The translations under genes and the position numbers were made by a program. The notes below the pieces were generated by a model. It saw only the letters and a list, made by a program, of their open reading frames with translations. It was not told the DNA's origin and did no database searches. This document shows, piece after piece, positions 36,592-44,512 of a DNA stretch of 64,000 nt; the first letter of the stretch is position 1; the number at the start of each line of letters is the position of its first letter. Source of the stretch: Thermovirgaceae bacterium (lineage in GTDB: Bacteria; Synergistota; Synergistia; Synergistales; Thermovirgaceae). Where the stretch lies: NCBI GenBank assembly GCA_035448245.1, contig DAOTIQ010000001.1, positions 40,568 to 104,567 of the forward strand. The letters are read 5' to 3'.

Positions 36592-38417
36592 CCAGGGGCA
36601 AGGCAGAAGAACCGGTCACCGGGGATATGTTCTCCTTGAATAATGGAACCGTAGTTACCGGCCTCCTGGCTGTCGCTCTTGTGTTGCCGAACCTGCTTTT
36701 TTCCGGGACCTGGTGGTATGAATCGCTCCATATCATCAAATGGGCGGCGGTCTTTATCCCTGTTGGTCTTCTTGTTTTTGCGGCCGGATACCGTATCGCA
36801 TCAGGACGGGGGAGGGATCCGGTCCTCGACCCTTTCGGAGTCGTGTGGCTTTTCCTGGTTCTGCTCCTTCTCATGCAGCCCCTTTGGGCTCCTGTAAGAT
36901 CAATCCCTACCTTTGCCAGGGAGTGGTTTTTCTTCGCGGCCCTGTGGGGGGTCTATGTGGTGTCAAGGGGCGGTCTGAAGAAGGGCAGCCTCTCCCTGTT
37001 TCTATGGGGAGCCTCCTTCAATGGGGCGATAAACGTACTTTTCGCCGAAATCCAAATAAGGGGACTGCAGGGGATCTTCCCCTTCATATACCCTGTGTCT
37101 GGCCTGTACATCGGAAACACTGGCCAGCAGAACATGTTTGGACTCTGGTTGGCCATTGCCATGTTCGGCTCGGCGAGCCTGTTTTACAATACTGCCGATA
37201 AAGGCCAGGGCAAGAACTCGTTGCCTCTGGCGGTGATCCTGAATCTTCTTCTCTTCTCGATCTGTTCCTGGGGGCTGTGGAATACTACCAGCAGATCTGC
37301 CGTTCTGTCTTTCCTGGTGGGCCTTGTAGTTATGACATTCCTGGCAGTACGAAACAGCAACAGGAGGGCTATCCTCCTGAGGCTGGCCGCTCTTGCGGCG
37401 ATCATGGCCGTGACTTTCTCGGGAACGGCCTATTTGGGCCGAGGGAACGCCTTTATTATGAAGACCCGGGACATGATCGAAAATTTTCAGACAGTAGGGA
37501 AAAGGGATAGTATCTGGGCAGCTTCGGGGACGATGTTCCTTATGCATCCCGTAAGAGGGGTGGGTCTCGGGCATTTCAAGTGGAACTACCTTGAAGCCCA
37601 GAGAGAGATGCTCCTCAGACATCCGGGAATGAAGTGGCAGTATACATACTGGGCCCACAACGAGATACTGCAATGGTTCTGCGAGACGGGTATAGTGGGA
37701 GGACTCATCCTTCTGGCAATGGGAGTATGGTGGCTCAGTGCTTTCTTTTCTCACGTACGTAAAGGGAAACCCCTGTCCCGGGAGGCCATGTGGGCTTGCA
37801 GTTTTCTTTTCCTGATCTGGTTCAACGCTCTTTGGACCAGACCTTTTCACAGGATAGAGGATGCCGTATGGATGGCCCTGGCTTTTGCCCTTGCCAACAG
37901 AGAGATACTTCCATCAAGGGCCGAATGGACAGAGATAAGAAGGGGATGGGTCCTGAGGGGTCTTGGAGTTGCCATGGCAGCGGGGGCGCTTTCCGGTCTT
38001 TTCTTCCTTGGCAGCGGTATGGCCGGGGATCGCATTCTCAGGGTTGCCGCCTCCGAAAAATCCATGCCAGAACAGAGGCTGCTCCTCGAAAGGGCTTCCC
38101 GTCGACTGATGGTAAGTGACATTGCCGAGAGAAGACTGGCTCTTCACTACATCAGACTTGCCGAGGAAACTAAAATGGGGCAATACCTGGACGAAGGTCT
38201 GACCAGGCTTCACCTGTATTTTCTCCGGCAACCTCATGTTAGGGATATGATAAGGCTGATAGCGTGGTACTCGGATGTCGGCGAGGCTGGCCTCATGGAA
38301 AGTGTTGCCAGGTATTTGCGGCCGGGAAGTTATACGATAACAGGGGGGAAAATAAACCTGAGCTCCGAGGACGAGCGGAGATTTTTCGGCCAGTCAGACA
38401 ACCAGTACACAAGATAA
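36588..38417 (+). CDS. O-antigen ligase/Wzy_C family polytopic membrane protein with a soluble C-terminal extension
   Basis: More than 10 predicted TM segments. YWAHNEILQWFCETGIVGG is the Wzy_C/O-antigen-ligase signature. GTGA overlap with the ParB-like gene. Confidence 0.75.
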   Translation: MTRGKAEEPVTGDMFSLNNGTVVTGLLAVALVLPNLLFSGTWWYESLHIIKWAAVFIPVGLLVFAAGYRIASGRGRDPVLDPFGVVWLFLVLLLLMQPLWAPVRSIPTFAREWFFFAALWGVYVVSRGGLKKGSLSLFLWGASFNGAINVLFAEIQIRGLQGIFPFIYPVSGLYIGNTGQQNMFGLWLAIAMFGSASLFYNTADKGQGKNSLPLAVILNLLLFSICSWGLWNTTSRSAVLSFLVGLVVMTFLAVRNSNRRAILLRLAALAAIMAVTFSGTAYLGRGNAFIMKTRDMIENFQTVGKRDSIWAASGTMFLMHPVRGVGLGHFKWNYLEAQREMLLRHPGMKWQYTYWAHNEILQWFCETGIVGGLILLAMGVWWLSAFFSHVRKGKPLSREAMWACSFLFLIWFNALWTRPFHRIEDAVWMALAFALANREILPSRAEWTEIRRGWVLRGLGVAMAAGALSGLFFLGSGMAGDRILRVAASEKSMPEQRLLLERASRRLMVSDIAERRLALHYIRLAEETKMGQYLDEGLTRLHLYFLRQPHVRDMIRLIAWYSDVGEAGLMESVARYLRPGSYTITGGKINLSSEDERRFFGQSDNQYTR

Positions 38418-38418
38418 T

Positions 38419-38459
38419 CAGGGGCGGCCGCACAAAAAACGGCCGCCCTGAATTTTTTT
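38419..38459. terminator. bidirectional intrinsic terminator between convergent genes
   Basis: Stem caggggcggccg / cggccgccctg (one bulge) with an A-rich loop, followed by aaTTTTTTT. Confidence 0.8.
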
Positions 38460-38488
38460 CACATGAGAAAAACGGTTTTCACGATTTT

Positions 38489-40600
38489 CTACTTTCCCAT
38501 CAACATCTCGCAGTAGGTCGGGTATGGCCAGAACCCGGTCGAGACGATCACCTCTGATGCATCACACATCCCCCTGATGCCGTCCATGAGGGGGATTGCC
38601 TTTTCCGTCAGCACGGAGGCCCGCTGTTCCAGGTCCAGCGACGATAGACTGTTCCGTAGAGACGCCATTTTTGCAACTCCGTCAAGCAGCCTTTCCTTCA
38701 TCCTGTAGAGTTCCTCGATATGTTCCTGCCAGTGTGAGGAGGAACCCGCCCGCGCGCTTTCAGGGACATGGGCCAATGCTGTGCCTTCCGATGTGATATG
38801 ACTGGAAATTGCCGGAAGAATGCCGTTTCGGACCATACTCTCCATTACGTTCATTTCTATATCGAGGGTCTTGACATACTGCTCAAGGCGGGTTTCGTAG
38901 TACCCTTCGATCTCTCTTTCGGTAAAGATGCCGAGTTTTGAAAGAAGTTCCCTGTGTTCCGGCACGAGGAAAAGCGCAAGGGCTTCCGGCGTGCTGTGAG
39001 CTATCGGCAGTCCCCTTTTTTGTGCCTCATCGTGCCACTCGGGTGAATAGCAATTACCCTCGAAACGTATGTTCCTGCTTTCCATCGCGGCATAACGGAT
39101 CGCGTCGAGGGCGGCATCGGCAACATCGGTCTCCCCTATCCTGGATTCTATCATGTTGGCAAGTTCTTCCATTCCCCATGCCCACATTGAAAGAAGCATG
39201 GTCATAGGTCCGGCCGGAGACTGGGATGATCCTGGGGCCCTGAACTCGAATTTGTTACCCGTGAAGGCTATGGGAGCGGTTCGGTTCCTGTCGGTGTTAT
39301 CCTTGAGAACATCGGGAAGACGATTCAGGCCAAGGTCGATAAAGGCCTTGGAAGGCATGTTTTCCGGTATTCCTTCCTCGACCCTTTCGAATATTCCCGA
39401 AAGCACATCTCCGAGAAAGACACTCATGATGGAAGGCGGGGCCTCGTTCCCTCCGAGGCGCCTCATGTTTCCCGGCGTGGCGACCGAGGCCCTCAGAAGC
39501 CCTCCATACCTGGAAATACCCAGAAGAAGAGCTGAAACCAAAGTCAAAAACTGGATATTTTTTCTCTGGCTTGATGAGGTTTTGAGGAGGTTTCGACCCT
39601 CGCTATCCATTAGGGAAAAGTTGAGATGCTTGCCGCTTCCGTTGATCAGGGCAAAAGGTTTTTCGTGAAGCATGAGCCTGAAGCCATGGCTGGAAGCTAT
39701 CTGCCGCATCTGCTCCATGAGGATCTGGTTCTGGTCGACGGCAAGGTTGGCCTCGGTGAACTGGGGAGCGAACTCAAACTGGCACGGTGCTACCTCGTTA
39801 TGCCTTGTTTTCAGGACCATGCCCAGCGAGCACATACGTTTGTCGACATCTTGCATGAAAGCCAGTACCCTGGACGGAATCGAACCGAAGTAGTGGTCCT
39901 CCATCTGCTGACCCTTGGGGGTAGGGGCTCCCAGTAGAGTCCTGCCGCAGTACTGGATATCGGGTCTTTTTACCGCACAGGATTCGTCAATAAGAAAGAA
40001 CTCCTGCTCTGCTCCCATTGTAGCGCGGGTCCACTTGACACTCCTGTTTCCGAAAAGTTTCAGCACCCGCAATGATATGTTCTCTATCCGCGAAAGAGCT
40101 CTCAGCAGCGGAGTTTTCATATCCAGAGGCGTACCATCGTTGCTTATGAAGACAGAAGGAATGCACAGGGTTCCCCCATGTTCCGCCGGGACGACGAATG
40201 CCGGACTTGTGGGATCCCAGGCAGTATAGCCTCTTGCCTCAAATGTCGATCTCATACCCCCAGAGGGAAGTGATGATGCGTCTGGCTCGCTCTGGATAAG
40301 GTCGGCCCCCCCAAATGAATCCAGGGGTATCCCGTGTTCGTCGATGGTAAGAAAGGCCATATGTTTTTCCGCGGTCAGGTCCGTTCTCGGGTGGAACCAG
40401 TGAGTATAGTGGGTAGCACCACAGGAAACTGCCCACTCCTTGATGGCTGTCGCGACTATCTCCGCAACGTGGAAATCCATCTTTTCTCCGCCCGAGATAG
40501 CCTCCTGAAGTTTCTGGTAAACGTGTTTGGGGAGTCGTTCCCTCATGGCCCTGTCGTTGAAAACGTTGCTCCCGAATGTCTTTGCCGGAGATTCCCTCAT
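38489..40600 (-). CDS. glnN: glutamine synthetase type III
   Basis: About 703 aa. The N-terminal FGSNVFNDRAMRERLPKHVYQKL...THYTHWFHP matches GSIII, and a GS catalytic core is present. ATG40600 is preceded by AAGGGGTGA; the longer ORF to 40753 runs into the GntR gene. Confidence 0.9.
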   Translation of the reverse strand: MRESPAKTFGSNVFNDRAMRERLPKHVYQKLQEAISGGEKMDFHVAEIVATAIKEWAVSCGATHYTHWFHPRTDLTAEKHMAFLTIDEHGIPLDSFGGADLIQSEPDASSLPSGGMRSTFEARGYTAWDPTSPAFVVPAEHGGTLCIPSVFISNDGTPLDMKTPLLRALSRIENISLRVLKLFGNRSVKWTRATMGAEQEFFLIDESCAVKRPDIQYCGRTLLGAPTPKGQQMEDHYFGSIPSRVLAFMQDVDKRMCSLGMVLKTRHNEVAPCQFEFAPQFTEANLAVDQNQILMEQMRQIASSHGFRLMLHEKPFALINGSGKHLNFSLMDSEGRNLLKTSSSQRKNIQFLTLVSALLLGISRYGGLLRASVATPGNMRRLGGNEAPPSIMSVFLGDVLSGIFERVEEGIPENMPSKAFIDLGLNRLPDVLKDNTDRNRTAPIAFTGNKFEFRAPGSSQSPAGPMTMLLSMWAWGMEELANMIESRIGETDVADAALDAIRYAAMESRNIRFEGNCYSPEWHDEAQKRGLPIAHSTPEALALFLVPEHRELLSKLGIFTEREIEGYYETRLEQYVKTLDIEMNVMESMVRNGILPAISSHITSEGTALAHVPESARAGSSSHWQEHIEELYRMKERLLDGVAKMASLRNSLSSLDLEQRASVLTEKAIPLMDGIRGMCDASEVIVSTGFWPYPTYCEMLMGK

Positions 40601-40615
40601 TGATATCACCCCTTG

Positions 40616-40657
40616 TTGATGATAAGTGTATATATCATCAAAAGAGAAATTTTGCAA
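40616..40657 (-). promoter_or_regulatory. glnN promoter (TTGCAA-17 nt-TATATA) overlapped by a 9-bp perfect inverted repeat
   Basis: On the minus strand, TTGCAA lies at 40652-40657 and TATATA at 40629-40634. The inverted repeat TTGATGATA-N8-TATCATCAA spans 40616-40641, covering the -10 and the likely +1. Confidence 0.45.
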
Positions 40658-40718
40658 CCAAAAACAACTATTTGGTGCGTAATTTTTGTGTTGTTGTTGT
40701 TTTTGGAAGCAAAAAGGT

Positions 40719-40728
40719 GTGTATACAC
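40719..40728. promoter_or_regulatory. 10-bp palindrome GTGTATACAC (GTATAC core) between the GntR gene stop and the glnN promoter
   Basis: Read directly from the sequence. It shares the GTATAC core with the triple array at 41501-41524. Confidence 0.35.
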
Positions 40729-40749
40729 GCAAAAAACAGGTTTGGCTCA

Positions 40750-41406
40750 TCAAAAAGGTTTTCTGAGGGCTTTCATGGACAGGTGAATATGATCTCTCAT
40801 AAGCCGTTCGGAGAGTTTTTCGTCGTGCATGGCAAGTGATCTTACTATCTCGCGATGTTCGTCCAGGCTGGGGTTTGTATCAAAATCGAAGAATGATTCG
40901 AAAAACACCATGTAAACGTAGGTCCTTGACAGAATGTTGCCGACATAATCGGCAAGGATCCTGTTCTTTGAAGACCCCGCGATTATTCTGTGGAAGCGGA
41001 TATTAACCTCAAGATATTTTTCGAGATCTCGTGAGGAAAAGATAACCTCCTCCTCTTCTATCGCTTCGTTGAGCATGCATATCTGCAACGGGGTAATGAA
41101 ACGTGCGGCGCGTCTCACCGAGATGCTTTCAAGTTCCTCTCTGACCTCGTAACCTTCGGTCATCTCCTCCAGAGACGGATTTGCCAGCCTCGCTCCGCTG
41201 TTGGGTGTAATCGTGACAAGTCCTTCGGAGGCGAGCATTCTGAGGGCCTCCCTCACAGGGGTGCGACTTACGGAAAGACTTTTGGCCAGAGAGGCTTCGG
41301 GAAGCCTCTGTCCCGGAAGCAGTTCTCTGGCGAAAATCCTTTTTTTTAATTCCAGGTAGACCTGTTCAGAAGCTGTAGCGTTCTCTCCATTAGTAATACC
41401 TATCAT
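40750..41406 (-). CDS. GntR family transcriptional regulator (FadR/FCD subfamily)
   Basis: N-terminal wHTH ...LPEASLAKSLSVSRTPVREALRMLASEGLV plus an all-helical FCD-like C-domain. Confidence 0.88.
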   Translation of the reverse strand: MIGITNGENATASEQVYLELKKRIFARELLPGQRLPEASLAKSLSVSRTPVREALRMLASEGLVTITPNSGARLANPSLEEMTEGYEVREELESISVRRAARFITPLQICMLNEAIEEEEVIFSSRDLEKYLEVNIRFHRIIAGSSKNRILADYVGNILSRTYVYMVFFESFFDFDTNPSLDEHREIVRSLAMHDEKLSERLMRDHIHLSMKALRKPF

Positions 41407-41474
41407 CCTGGTTCCCCCGATGCAGTTTGCCTGATATTTTACCTTTAAAAAACCGGTGGGCGGTATTTCAGATG

Positions 41475-41525
41475 TTGACTGAAATGGATATGTGCGTTTA
41501 GTATACGTAGTATACCACGTATACT
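41475..41525 (+). promoter_or_regulatory. promoter (TTGACT-18 nt-TAGTAT) plus triple GTATAC operator-like array
   Basis: TTGACT at 41475-41480. AGTATACGT-N8-ACGTATACT spans 41500-41525 and contains GTATAC at 41501, 41510 and 41519 (9-nt phasing). It covers the -10 to leader region of the SDR operon and sits in the divergent region with the GntR gene. Confidence 0.5.
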
Positions 41526-41540
41526 AAAAGGAGGTATCCC

Positions 41541-42281
41541 ATGTATCCGGATCTTTCGGGAAAAAGGATTGTTATAACAGGAGGAGGGAGCGGGATAGGC
41601 CTTGCAACGGCCCGACGGTTCGCCAGAGAGGGGTCCAGGGTCTGTGTTATAGACAGGGACAGTTCTTCTCTGGATCGTGCAAGAGAAGAACTTGCCGGTG
41701 AGGGCCTTTTCTTGTGTGCCGATGTTTCTGACTCATCATCGGTCGATACGGCTTTTGGCCGGATCGACGAATCAATGGGAGGTCTTGACGTACTGGTTTC
41801 CAACGCGGGAATAAGCGTCAGGAAAACATTCAGGGAGATAACCTATGAGCAATGGTCCAAAGTTCTGGAAGTCAATCTCGGAGGAATGTTCCTCTGCGCC
41901 AGGGAAGCCGCGGCGAGGATGAAAGACGGTGGGGTGATCCTGATGACCGCGTCCACCAACGGAATGGAGGGGCATCCCTTTTACGCAGACTATAACTCCT
42001 CCAAGGCTGGCGTCATTCTTCTTGCCAAGACCCTGGCGCTGGAATTCGCCCCGCGCATTCGCGTTAACAGCGTCAGCCCCGGGTATGTCCTGACCCCGAT
42101 GCAGAGGGCCGAGTACACACCGGAAATGCTTGAAAAGGTCAACGAAAAGATCCCTTTCAGGCGCCACGCTGCACCAGCGGAGGTGGCGGCTCTATTCGCC
42201 TTCCTGGCCTCCAGTGAAGCATCATACATTACAGGAGCGAACATTCCGATAGATGGCGGAGAGACCGCCGGACTTCAATAG
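41541..42281 (+). CDS. SDR family oxidoreductase (classical, NAD(P)-dependent)
   Basis: TGGGSGIG, NAG and the YNSSK catalytic motif. AAGGAGG RBS. Confidence 0.88.
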   Translation: MYPDLSGKRIVITGGGSGIGLATARRFAREGSRVCVIDRDSSSLDRAREELAGEGLFLCADVSDSSSVDTAFGRIDESMGGLDVLVSNAGISVRKTFREITYEQWSKVLEVNLGGMFLCAREAAARMKDGGVILMTASTNGMEGHPFYADYNSSKAGVILLAKTLALEFAPRIRVNSVSPGYVLTPMQRAEYTPEMLEKVNEKIPFRRHAAPAEVAALFAFLASSEASYITGANIPIDGGETAGLQ

Positions 42282-42294
42282 GGGGTTTGTGAAT

Positions 42295-43062
42295 ATGGAG
42301 CACGAAGAATTATTCAGACTGGATGGAAGAACGGCTGTCATAACTGGAGGAGCATCGGGGATAGGTCTCGGGTGCTGCAAGTTTCTATCAATGATGGGTG
42401 CCTCGGTCGTCCTTGCCGATCTGGACGAAGGTAAAGGGCGCACGGCAGAGGGCGAGATCGGGGGAAGATCTCTTTTCGTCAAGTGCGACGTAACCAGTGA
42501 TGAAGACTGTCGCAACATGGCATCCGCTGCCGTAGCACGTTTCGGAAGGGTGGATTATCTCGTAAACTGCGCGGGTGTTATCAGGAGGAAGAACGTTGTG
42601 GACCTTACAGAGAAGGAGTGGGACCTGACCCTCGATGTGACCCTTAAGGGGGCTTTCCTTGCCTCGAAGTATCTCATCCCCTTTATGGCTCGAATCGGAG
42701 GGGGGAGTATTGTGAATATAGCTTCGGGATGGGGCGTAAAGGGAGGTCCCAGGGCAGTGTCGTACTGTGCGGCAAAAGGTGGGATTATCAACATGACCAG
42801 GGCGATGGCTATAGATCATGGTCATCAGAATATCAGGGTCAATTCCGTTTCCCCGGGGGATACCGATACTCCTCTTCTGAGAGATGAAGGAAGGCAGTTG
42901 GGTGTAGATGAGGATAAATGGCTGGCCGAAAGCGCGGAGCGCCCCCTGAGAAGGCTTGGCCGTCCAGATGATATTGCCATGGCTGTTTATTTTCTGGTAA
43001 GTGGCCTTTCCCCGTGGATAACGGGGGCAAACCTGGTCGTCGATGGCGGCGGGATCGCCTAG
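42295..43062 (+). CDS. SDR family oxidoreductase (classical)
   Basis: TGGASGIG, NCAG and YCAAK motifs. ATG42295 was chosen; the upstream part of the ORF overlaps the previous gene. Confidence 0.88.
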   Translation: MEHEELFRLDGRTAVITGGASGIGLGCCKFLSMMGASVVLADLDEGKGRTAEGEIGGRSLFVKCDVTSDEDCRNMASAAVARFGRVDYLVNCAGVIRRKNVVDLTEKEWDLTLDVTLKGAFLASKYLIPFMARIGGGSIVNIASGWGVKGGPRAVSYCAAKGGIINMTRAMAIDHGHQNIRVNSVSPGDTDTPLLRDEGRQLGVDEDKWLAESAERPLRRLGRPDDIAMAVYFLVSGLSPWITGANLVVDGGGIA

Positions 43063-43087
43063 AGATCGTGTACAGGAGGTTTTGAAG

Positions 43088-44479
43088 ATGGAAGAAAAAA
43101 AGAGAGTTTATCCATATATCCCCAACTCCGAACCCGGGGTCAGGGAGACCATGCTTCGGGAGATAGGGGTTGAAACAATCGATGATCTTCTTCCGGATGT
43201 CCCTGACTCGATCCGGATGAAGGGAAGGATGAACCTTCCTGATCCCCTGTGTTCCGAACCGGACCTCAGGCGTCATGTTGAAGGTCTCCTCTCAGAGAAC
43301 GTGACCTGCGGGGAGTGTCTCAGTTTTCTGGGCTCTGGCTGCTACGACCATCATGTTCCAGCCGTAGTCGACGAAATAATCGGACGGTCGGAATTTCTGA
43401 CAGCTTACGCTGGCGAACCCTACGAGGACCACGGGAGGTTTCAGGCGCTTTTCGAATACCAGAGCATGATGTCCGGACTCATGGATTTTGATGTGTGCAA
43501 CGTGCCTACCTACGACGGCTCCCAGGCCGCGGGTACCTCTCTGAGAATGGCGTCAAGGATCACCGGCAGGAAAAAGGTTCTCCTCGCGGGGAACATGAAC
43601 CCCGACAGGATGAGGATAGTGAAGACCTATATCGATGAGGCCCTTTCTCCAGAGTTGATCTCATGGTCGCCCGATACGGGCCTTGTCGACCTGCAGGATC
43701 TGGGGCGTAAACTTGGGCCCGACGTCGCGGCAGTATATATTGAGAATCCCTCATACCTGGGTGGTATAGAACACAGGGGAGCGGAAATAGGCGCCATGAC
43801 CCACGACGCGGGCGCGATCTTTATCGTCTCACCCGACCCCTCTTCGTTGGGAATTCTTCAGCCACCTTCGAGATACGGAGCCGATATTGCCTGCGGTGAT
43901 ATCCAGTCCCTCGGGATCCATATGAACTTCGGGGGAGGAGTGGGTGGATTTATATGCACCAGTTCCGACAGAAGGTTTGTTGAAGAATATCCCTCGCGGC
44001 TTTTCGGGATCGCGCCTACCAGCAAGGGGGAATGGGGCTTTGGAGACGTAGCCTGGGAGAGGACTTCCTTCGCGAACAGGGAGACTGCAAAGGAATTCGT
44101 TGGAACCCATGCCGCCCTCTGGGGAATTGCCGCCGCGGTATACCTTGCGTCTATGGGGCCTCAAGGAATGGCGGACCTGGGGAAGGTGATAACCAGGCGA
44201 TCACTTTATGCAAGGAAGGTGCTCGGAGATCTTCCAGGAGTGTCTACTGCCAGGCCTTCCGCTGTTTGTTTCAAGGAGTTTGTTGTCGATTTTGCTGGCA
44301 CCGGCAAGACTGTGGCCGAGATCAACGGGAAATTGCTTGAAAAAAGGATATTTGGGGGAAAGGATCTTTCTTCTGATTTTCCGGAGCTTGGCCCTTGTGC
44401 TCTGTACTGCGTGACCGAGAAGATAACCGTGGATGATATTGACAGGCTTGCATCTGCCCTGGCTGAGATAATTGCCTGA
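43088..44479 (+). CDS. glycine dehydrogenase (decarboxylating) subunit 1-like protein, diverged
   Basis: GcvPA-like length and blocks (YIPNSE...MLREIGV..IDDL, FLGSGCYDH.VPAVVD). The usual TAYTPYQPE(I/V)SQG block reads TAYAGEPYEDHGRFQ. AGGAGG lies 7 nt before ATG43088. Confidence 0.75.
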   Translation: MEEKKRVYPYIPNSEPGVRETMLREIGVETIDDLLPDVPDSIRMKGRMNLPDPLCSEPDLRRHVEGLLSENVTCGECLSFLGSGCYDHHVPAVVDEIIGRSEFLTAYAGEPYEDHGRFQALFEYQSMMSGLMDFDVCNVPTYDGSQAAGTSLRMASRITGRKKVLLAGNMNPDRMRIVKTYIDEALSPELISWSPDTGLVDLQDLGRKLGPDVAAVYIENPSYLGGIEHRGAEIGAMTHDAGAIFIVSPDPSSLGILQPPSRYGADIACGDIQSLGIHMNFGGGVGGFICTSSDRRFVEEYPSRLFGIAPTSKGEWGFGDVAWERTSFANRETAKEFVGTHAALWGIAAAVYLASMGPQGMADLGKVITRRSLYARKVLGDLPGVSTARPSAVCFKEFVVDFAGTGKTVAEINGKLLEKRIFGGKDLSSDFPELGPCALYCVTEKITVDDIDRLASALAEIIA

Positions 44480-44512
44480 CAGAAAATGCCTGCGAGAAAG
44501 GAATGACGGACA

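Noticed and set aside
37002-37850. 282-aa minus-strand ORF
   Set aside because: - It is antisense to the Wzy_C membrane protein gene.
- Its composition is Pro/Arg/Gly-rich, and it has no start context.
40688-40702. (GTT)4 micro-repeat in the glnN upstream region
   Set aside because: - It is too short to call a functional or phase-variable repeat.
- It is probably just part of the AT-rich spacer.
40601-40749. Sigma-54 (-24 GG / -12 GC) promoter or TnrA/GlnR box upstream of glnN
   Set aside because: - I looked on the minus strand. TGG and TTGCA occur but are adjacent rather than spaced 10 nt apart.
- The nearest TnrA-like string is TGATA-N8-TATCA, which has the wrong half-sites and spacing.
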